16,304 nt of DNA from Candidatus Micrarchaeota archaeon. GTDB lineage: Archaea; Micrarchaeota; Micrarchaeia; Anstonellales; Anstonellaceae. The stretch lies in NCBI GenBank assembly GCA_043810635.1, contig JBDRNY010000070.1, positions 1-16,304 on the forward strand, in the 5' to 3' direction. The position numbers and the translations under genes are program-made. The notes beneath the pieces are model-generated. The model searched no databases. It was not told the DNA's origin and saw only the letters and a list, made by a program, of their open reading frames with translations. How positions within the stretch are numbered: the stretch's first letter is position 1; each line of letters opens with the position of its first letter. Below, piece after piece: positions 1-5,677 of this stretch.

Positions 1-102
1 CAAATATAATGTACTAAAAAATATTGTCAAAAATTTTTGATAAATTAAATACATTAATACAAAACATGGTATAGCATTATTTTTGTATGTCGATAATTTT
101 AC

Positions 103-444
103 AAATATGCATTATATATGCTTGTAAGGGGGGATGGGAAATGGAAAGATATGCCGCGCGCTTCCTACAAGCTTGTGAAAGGGCAGACTCTTGAAGTGTT
201 TTTGATGAATTATCTTATGAGCACGGGAGTAAATATATTGATTGTGCCGATAGACCTGGCATTCCAGTTTGCTGCAATGATTCCGTGCATAGGCTATTTG
301 TTTTCCATGCTAAGAATATTTTTGTATGTATGGCTGCTTAATGCATATAACTGGGTGTATGATGCAGATGTATTGAAATATTTGAGCAAGCCAAAAAACA
401 AAAGAGGGGCGCTCGGAAGCATTAAGCGCGTTGCTTTTAGATGA
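103..444 (+). pseudogene. 5'-truncated paralog of the downstream membrane protein (519..1412)
   Basis: KYALYMLVRGDG...RASYKLVKGQTLEVFL...MIPCIG aligns with MFSLYMFLRGDG...RKSFDVVKGQTISVFL...LVPCVG in the C-terminal ~40% of the next ORF. There is an in-frame TAA at 94-96, and all three + frames contain stops within 1-100, so the N-terminal part is missing. Confidence 0.6.
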
Positions 445-518
445 GCAAGCAAACATTTATATTTTGCCTTTCTTTAGGAGAAGTAGACTAAAGTAGAGTA
501 GAATAATGGAGTGATTAA

Positions 519-1412
519 ATGGGAAAGAATTATGATTTTGTAAACGGAATTAAATTTTGCTGGGAAAAATTCAGAAACAGGGAATTGTTGAAATGGAGCG
601 CAATTTCCACTGCGGTATATTTTGCTGCAAGCATTCTTGATGCCATATTGGGCATAATTATTTTAGCAAGTGTTTATGCGCTGGTTATAGGGGGAAGGCC
701 CCCGCCAGGATTTGAAATGAATTTAGGCATCATAACAATGCTGGTAGGGCTTTATCTTGTGACAAGGCTGAAAATGGCTGCAATGGCCGCCAGCAGCATA
801 AAAACCCTTTCAAAGCCTCCAAGCGTGATTGAATGGGCAAAGCTTAATTTGAGAAGGTTTTTGGTGGATTTATTCTGCTGGTATGACAAAAGGCTGCTTT
901 TGCCTGCAATAGTGTTTGCAATTGTCGGAATAATAAGTTTGGCTGCAGGCATTATATATGGCATGCCGGTATTGCTTTTTGCGGCCGCATTGTGCATCAC
1001 TGTTGCATTTATTGCATGGGGGTTGGGCTTTGTAGTGCATGAAATAAGGACAATGTTTTCCCTTTACATGTTTTTGAGGGGGGACGGGCCCGAGCATTTG
1101 ATGGTAAGAAAATCTTTTGATGTTGTGAAAGGGCAGACTATTTCAGTGTTTTTGCCTTTTCTGTTTTTTGGAATAGTTTCTCTTCTGCTGATGATTATTG
1201 TTGCAATTGTGATGATAGGCATTGCACTTGTGCCGTGCGTTGGAATAATAATCGACATTTTGCTGGTAATTGCGCTTGTTATTGCATATGTTGCATTTAA
1301 TGAGGCATTTGAAGCAAATGTGTTTAATTTCTTCTGCGGCAAGCCGGTTAGAGTTGTGGAAGTGAGCCAGGCAAAAAAAGCAAAGAAGAGGAAAAAAAGG
1401 AAGGGAAAATGA
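519..1412 (+). CDS. Multi-pass integral membrane protein of unknown function with a basic C-terminal tail
   Basis: 297-aa ORF with about six hydrophobic segments, an SD-like GGAGTGA just upstream and a Lys-rich C-terminus. Its stop overlaps the next start (ATGA). Confidence 0.85.
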   Translation: MGKNYDFVNGIKFCWEKFRNRELLKWSAISTAVYFAASILDAILGIIILASVYALVIGGRPPPGFEMNLGIITMLVGLYLVTRLKMAAMAASSIKTLSKPPSVIEWAKLNLRRFLVDLFCWYDKRLLLPAIVFAIVGIISLAAGIIYGMPVLLFAAALCITVAFIAWGLGFVVHEIRTMFSLYMFLRGDGPEHLMVRKSFDVVKGQTISVFLPFLFFGIVSLLLMIIVAIVMIGIALVPCVGIIIDILLVIALVIAYVAFNEAFEANVFNFFCGKPVRVVEVSQAKKAKKRKKRKGK

Positions 1413-1870
1413 AAAGGAAAAAGGCTCAAGCAAACCTTGAGCTTCTTATTCTTTTTGCAGGTGCAATGCTTATTTTGGCATTGCTTGCAGTTGTATTGCC
1501 CACCCAGGCGATAGGAAGCCAGATGGTGAGGGAAAAGCAGATTGCGCAAGGCAGTGTTGATTTGGTTGCAGAAACAGCTGATGAAGTGTATTTGACAGGG
1601 GAGGGGGCTGTAAAGCATATCTGGATTGAAGTGCCTGAAACTGCAGATGTTGAAACTTTGGATTACTCATTTATCGGGGCAAAAAGCGGTGAAACTAACT
1701 GGAGCAAGAAGAAAATGGTTAATTTGTACCTTCTTGTGGAAGGGGATGTGTTTGCAATTACCCGTGCGCCTGTATGCGGCCAATGGCCGTACACTGCAGG
1801 CAGGCATAAAGTGGTTGTGGAATACAATGGCACGGGCAATCCGCATGTAATGGTAAATAAAAATTGCTAA
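1409..1870 (+). CDS. Class III signal peptide (type IV pilin-like) protein
   Basis: The N-terminus MKRKKAQANLELLILFAGAMLILALLAVV has a short basic leader, a (K)AQxxxE cleavage motif and a hydrophobic helix, typical of archaeal prepilins. Two Cys lie near the C-terminus. Confidence 0.8.
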   Translation: MKRKKAQANLELLILFAGAMLILALLAVVLPTQAIGSQMVREKQIAQGSVDLVAETADEVYLTGEGAVKHIWIEVPETADVETLDYSFIGAKSGETNWSKKKMVNLYLLVEGDVFAITRAPVCGQWPYTAGRHKVVVEYNGTGNPHVMVNKNC

Positions 1871-2358
1871 GCTTTTTGAAGCAAATGCGGTTTTATTGGA
1901 ATTATCTTTTCGTTATTTTTTTTAAGCCCGAACGCTGATAGATATTCGTCTATATTCGCTATCTTGCCTTTTTTTGTCATTCGGGTTATTATGCTGGCAA
2001 TTGCAGAACTTAGACTGGAATTAATTTCACTAAGCTTGCGCTTATCTTTTACATGCCTCTCGGCATCTGTGTATGTTTCGCTTAGATAGAAAACAGAATC
2101 TTCGCTGGCTGCCCCAACTTTGTCAAGCTTTTTTATTTCGAAAAGCAAATTATCATATAGCTCCCTTTTTTCCTCAGACCACGAAGATATTTTCGACCTG
2201 TCAATTGGCTTTTTTTCATAAAAACTTTTGGCTGTAGATTGCTTAGAATATTCCAGGTCTATTTTTTCAGTCAATTTTTGGAGGTTGAAAACTATGCCAA
2301 GAATTGAATTAATAGCCTCGCTTTCTGCTTGAGGGTCGTAAAAGATAGTTTCTCCCAT
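1867..2358 (-). CDS. Hypothetical protein, probably soluble and helical
   Basis: About 163-166 aa open frame (ATG at 2358, or TTG at 2367). It converges on the pilin gene with overlapping stop codons. No recognisable motif. Confidence 0.65.
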   Translation of the reverse strand: MGETIFYDPQAESEAINSILGIVFNLQKLTEKIDLEYSKQSTAKSFYEKKPIDRSKISSWSEEKRELYDNLLFEIKKLDKVGAASEDSVFYLSETYTDAERHVKDKRKLSEINSSLSSAIASIITRMTKKGKIANIDEYLSAFGLKKNNEKIIPIKPHLLQKA

Positions 2359-2401
2359 ATTAATCAACGTGTAAGTTTGTATGGAATTATATGTATTTTA
2401 A

Positions 2402-2409
2402 TTTATAAA
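2402..2409 (+). promoter_or_regulatory. TATA box for the sRNA-ribK-sRNA transcript
   Basis: TTTATAAA ends 24 nt before the predicted sRNA 5' end at 2433, which is standard archaeal spacing. Confidence 0.55.
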
Positions 2410-2432
2410 CTTATCAAGCATTATAATAACCA

Positions 2433-2490
2433 GCCGTTGATGATATGAACAACCTCTGATTTAATGATGAGGCAAAACAGCGTCTGAGGC
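2433..2490 (+). ncRNA. Box C/D methylation-guide sRNA with canonical boxes
   Basis: C TTGATGA 2437-2443; 12-nt guide TATGAACAACCT; D' CTGA 2456-2459; C' ATGATGA 2464-2470; 13-nt guide GGCAAAACAGCGT; D CTGA 2484-2487; terminal GCC/GGC stem. Confidence 0.88.
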
Positions 2491-2516
2491 CATTGAAATT
2501 TCCTAAGGTTGGGAAA

Positions 2517-2906
2517 ATGAAATTAAAAGGAATAATTGTAAGCGGAAGCGGAGAAGGGGCTTATTTTCTTTCATTGGAAGGGTATAAGAAAGGGTTTGAA
2601 AAGAAAATTGGGTTTGTGCCTTTTGAAGGAACATTGAATATCAGAATAAGCGATGATGAAATAGGTAAAATATTGATGCTGAAAAAAAGAAAAAGCATTG
2701 AAATTCCTGGATTTGAATACAAGGGAAGGCAATATTTTCAAATTAAGGTGTTTAGGGCGAAGGTGAAGGAAAGCGAGGGGGCTGTGATATTTCCTCTTTT
2801 AGACCATCATCCGGATAACATTGTGGAATTTGTTGCAAAGGAAAATTTGAGGAAAAAATATAATTTGAAAGACGGGGAGAAAATTGAGATTGAAATTTAT
2901 GGGTGA
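2517..2906 (+). CDS. ribK: CTP-dependent riboflavin kinase (archaeal)
   Basis: Motifs LKGIIVSGSGEGAYF, GFVPFEGTLN and EFVAKENLRKKYNLKDGEKI. ATG at 2517 is preferred over TTG at 2493. Confidence 0.92.
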   Translation: MKLKGIIVSGSGEGAYFLSLEGYKKGFEKKIGFVPFEGTLNIRISDDEIGKILMLKKRKSIEIPGFEYKGRQYFQIKVFRAKVKESEGAVIFPLLDHHPDNIVEFVAKENLRKKYNLKDGEKIEIEIYG

Positions 2907-2960
2907 TTAAAACCTGGAGTAATGATCACTAGGGTGATTACTGCTTTTGGGCATGAAAGG
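2901..2960 (+). ncRNA. Box C/D sRNA with compensatory variant boxes (C=GUGAUUA, D=AUGA)
   Basis: C GTGATTA 2903-2909, which contains the ribK stop TGA; 12-nt guide AAACCTGGAGTA; D' ATGA 2922-2925; C' GTGATTA 2934-2940; 12-nt guide CTGCTTTTGGGC; D ATGA 2953-2956. The RNA ends are approximate. Confidence 0.68.
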
Positions 2961-3923
2961 CCTTTTGAGAAGTTGGAAAGCGAGTGTATTGAAAAAGCTA
3001 CCACGTCACAAATTCTATTCTCACTCTTGCTTACAATTATAAACATGTTATAACACTAGTAATAAAGAGGTTATAATCATGTCAAAGATTATCAGATTAT
3101 CTAATTATGGCATAAAAGGCTTAACTGTACTCGACGCAGTACGACTTGCAAATAAAAAAAAGGTAAGAATTCTAAATAATAAAGAATTTGACAATAGACT
3201 AGTTCTAACAGATGAATGGGAAAAAGAAAAGAAAATCTATCCAGCATGGACAGGCACTTTTATAGCTTATGAAAAAAAAGACAAGAAACTAAATTCAACA
3301 ATAGAACGCACTGTTTTAAAATCAAATCAAAAATATATTTTTGAGGTTCCACCAGATGCACAGAATCAAAAAAACATTATTTTGGCAATCGATCATGGCT
3401 TCGATGAAAAAGGCAATCCGATTTTTGAACTAAAAGATGATGGGAAAAATATTTTGGTAGTAGTCAATGATTTAAGCAAAATAAAAATAATCGAAAACTT
3501 CCCAACAACACTCGGACCCTATTCGCATGAAAGTCAGTTTGGAATTCCTGTAGGAAATAGTATTCATCAGAATAAAAAGCAGCATAATTATAACAGTTGT
3601 TCAAATGATAATCTACGTCATCTTACCAGAAGTAATGGTGCTCAGGTTGGTTTTATAGCCCGCAGCTATTTCGAAGATGTTTTCGGTAGTCCATATTACG
3701 TATGTACCGGCTGGGATGCAAATAACCATCTCGGAGTGCTAGCTGAACAAAACAACAACCAGAAATTAAGATAAATAATAGATAATACATGGGAAGTGCG
3801 TTAATTCAATTTTTAGTATTTGCTGTAATTGCAACTGCAGTGTGTGAAACTTGAGTAGTTACACCTAACAAATTTTAATACCCATATATTTGAGTAGTTT
3901 TATCCTGGAGTAAGAATCACCAG
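2911..3923. repeat. Imperfect 22-bp direct repeat (18/22) bracketing a ~1-kb segment
   Basis: AACCTGGAGTAATGATCACTAG at 2911-2932 vs ATCCTGGAGTAAGAATCACCAG at 3902-3923, with a perfect core CCTGGAGTAA. Confidence 0.55.
3079..3774 (+). CDS. Hypothetical protein, possibly C-type-lectin-fold / DGR-target-like
   Basis: 231-aa ORF with SD-like GAGGT upstream and codon usage richer in A and poorer in G than its neighbours. The C-terminal ...VGFIAR...GWDANNHLGVLAE resembles CLec variable-region ends (inference). Confidence 0.75.
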   Translation: MSKIIRLSNYGIKGLTVLDAVRLANKKKVRILNNKEFDNRLVLTDEWEKEKKIYPAWTGTFIAYEKKDKKLNSTIERTVLKSNQKYIFEVPPDAQNQKNIILAIDHGFDEKGNPIFELKDDGKNILVVVNDLSKIKIIENFPTTLGPYSHESQFGIPVGNSIHQNKKQHNYNSCSNDNLRHLTRSNGAQVGFIARSYFEDVFGSPYYVCTGWDANNHLGVLAEQNNNQKLR

Positions 3924-4975
3924 TCTCCTAATTTTGTCTGCCCGCATTCTTCTTTTTGCTTTTTTATTAATGAGGAAAGGGTGCGCTCCACCCGCTCATG
4001 GGAAAAATCAAATTCATCAACCAGGAGGGAAATTGTTTTTTTCTCGTCAGGAGGGGAGAATTCTAATTTAGTTGTTTTGGTTGTAGGGGGGAAGAGGAAG
4101 AATTTTTCTATTTCTTCCCAATTTTCAATCCCTTCAATTTCCCCTTCTTCTGTTTTTTTCTCCCTTGCGCTTTCCGGCAAATTTGAGATTATTTCTTTGA
4201 AGCTTTTTGCCTTATTTACTAATTTTAATGCTTTTTTCGGCCCGATGCCATAAATTCCTTTGTTAAAGTCTGTGCCTGATAAAATTCCGAGCCATATTAA
4301 TTGCTTTTGATTTAGCTTTTGGGTTGAGAGGAGGGAGGAAAGTTCGATTAATTCGGGGTGGATTTGGATATATTCATTTTTTCTCGGCATTTTTCTTCTT
4401 CCTGTGGTGGATAAATTTCTTAGAAGGCGGGGGGAGCCGAATAATAATGAGTCAAAATCCTGGGAAGCTGCTGCCCAGGCAATATTTCGCTTTACTAAAT
4501 CTGCTGCTTCTGCCTCGCCTTCTGAAGGCGCTTGTATGTGCGGAATTCCTAAAGCATCCAAGAGGGATTTTGCATGTGATGCCATTTCTGGGGTGAGTTT
4601 GCTTGTTTGCTGGGCATAGCGCCGTGCGGCTTCTTCATCCCCCTCATCAAGCGCTTTTTCCATTTTCTTTTTTGCCTCTTTTTTCCTTTCCCTTCTTTTA
4701 TTTAAAGTATCGGATTTTAATTCGGGAGGTTTGCCGTCAAATACAAATACCGGCTTTATGCCCGCTTCCAGCCATTTTATGGAGCGGTAGAATAATCCGG
4801 TGAGGTGGCCGGTGAGGCGTCCTTTTGTATCCATTAAAGGAGTGCCGTCTGCCTGGCGGATGGAAGAGAGAAATTGATAGAGGGTGTTATAGGCATCTAC
4901 TGCCAAAATTTTGTTTGACAAATCATCAAATGAAACGGTTTTTGGCTCTGTTAAATCCCCTAAATCACATCCCAT
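3917..4975 (-). CDS. fen: Flap endonuclease 1
   Basis: Motifs AVDAYNTLYQFLSSIRQ.DGTPL, PVFVFDG, APSEGEAEAA, SQDFDSLLFG and GTDFN.GI.GIGPKKAL, plus a C-terminal PIP box QTKLGDW. Confidence 0.97.
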   Translation of the reverse strand: MGCDLGDLTEPKTVSFDDLSNKILAVDAYNTLYQFLSSIRQADGTPLMDTKGRLTGHLTGLFYRSIKWLEAGIKPVFVFDGKPPELKSDTLNKRRERKKEAKKKMEKALDEGDEEAARRYAQQTSKLTPEMASHAKSLLDALGIPHIQAPSEGEAEAADLVKRNIAWAAASQDFDSLLFGSPRLLRNLSTTGRRKMPRKNEYIQIHPELIELSSLLSTQKLNQKQLIWLGILSGTDFNKGIYGIGPKKALKLVNKAKSFKEIISNLPESAREKKTEEGEIEGIENWEEIEKFFLFPPTTKTTKLEFSPPDEKKTISLLVDEFDFSHERVERTLSSLIKKQKEECGQTKLGDW

Positions 4976-5051
4976 TTCAAATCACACCATTTAATTCTCC
5001 TAAATCACATCCCGCATTCGGCTCGCATAAATCGCATATCATTAAATCACA
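4951..5051. repeat. Degenerate repeats of the fen 5' end in the mbf1-fen spacer
   Basis: 4951-4973 vs 4991-5013 are identical at 21/23. AAATC(A/G)CA occurs at 4962, 4979, 5002, 5029 and 5044. Confidence 0.8.
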
Positions 5052-5537
5052 TTATTTCTTTTTCTTTTTCTCAATTTCCAATATATCCCCCAAAGTTGTG
5101 CCGCGGGAAGAGGATTTTTTCAGTATTTCTCCTGCTGCTGCAGAGGAAGAGGGGGAGGATTCTTCAATAAGGGTTATGCCAAGCTCTTTTTCAATTTTTC
5201 TTGCAAGGGAGGGGGAGGGGTGGGTTTTTTCCTTCTCTATCCTGTCAAGAAATGATTCTTTTTCTGCCAATTTTTCTGCCAATACTGCAAGCGGGAGTTT
5301 CATTTTCATTCTTGCATTTTTCATTTTTGAGCCAAATCCCTCCACAAGCTCGAATTCGGACTCGGTTTTTGTGGATGAGGGGGAAGGGCGGGTGGGAAGT
5401 TCGGATTTCGGGGCGGGTGCTGTGGGATATTTGAGGATTTTGCCCATTCTGGAGCATGTGCGGCATACATTCATCCTTGCCCCTTCAATAAGAGAAATAT
5501 ATTCCCCTTCATCTGCGCCGCATATTTCGCATTCCAT
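5052..5537 (-). CDS. mbf1: Archaeal multiprotein bridging factor 1 (Zn ribbon + HTH)
   Basis: N-terminal MECEICG...IEGARMNVCRTC Zn ribbon and a Cro-like HTH (LAEKLAEKESFLDRIE...ARKIEKELGITL), with C-terminal TTLGDI. SD GGTGA lies 8 nt before ATG 5537. Confidence 0.92.
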   Translation of the reverse strand: MECEICGADEGEYISLIEGARMNVCRTCSRMGKILKYPTAPAPKSELPTRPSPSSTKTESEFELVEGFGSKMKNARMKMKLPLAVLAEKLAEKESFLDRIEKEKTHPSPSLARKIEKELGITLIEESSPSSSAAAGEILKKSSSRGTTLGDILEIEKKKKK

Positions 5538-5573
5538 AAAATTATTCACCAATTAACTTTTGCATTCCCGGTT

Positions 5574-5624
5574 TTAATTAATGCAACATGCCGGCCCGCA
5601 ATTGCCGCATATTTCGCATTCCAT
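5574..5624 (-). CDS. Putative 16-aa Cys-rich upstream ORF MECEICGNCGPACCIN
   Basis: ATG at 5624 and TAA at 5574-5576. The first 21 nt (5604-5624) are identical to the mbf1 start (5517-5537). The ATG is ~24 nt from an AT-rich TATA-like box. Confidence 0.35.
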   Translation of the reverse strand: MECEICGNCGPACCIN

Positions 5625-5647
5625 GGAATTAAGTTTACAAATAACTA

Positions 5648-5656
5648 TTATATTAA
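5648..5656. promoter_or_regulatory. Putative bidirectional TATA element
   Basis: TTATATTAA lies almost symmetrically between the minus-strand ATG at 5624 and the plus-strand ATG at 5678. Confidence 0.45.
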
Positions 5657-5677
5657 TTTGCTGTGCAAACCAGTGGT

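Noticed and set aside
2493..2516. TTG start extending ribK by 8 codons
   Set aside because: The family motif begins at ATG 2517, and the extension directly abuts the sRNA.
3851..3915. Third C/D-like sRNA (TTGAGTA twice, with AAGA as a D box)
   Set aside because: There is no D' box, the spacing is wrong and the boxes are poor. Kept only as part of the direct-repeat observation.
3079..3916. Complete DGR or provirus
   Set aside because: No reverse transcriptase, template repeat, integrase or virion genes are present in the window.
4962..5051. CRISPR-like array or minus-strand C/D sRNA in the mbf1-fen spacer
   Set aside because: The repeats are 8-23 nt with irregular 15-27-nt spacing, there are no cas genes, and no properly spaced C/D pairs exist.
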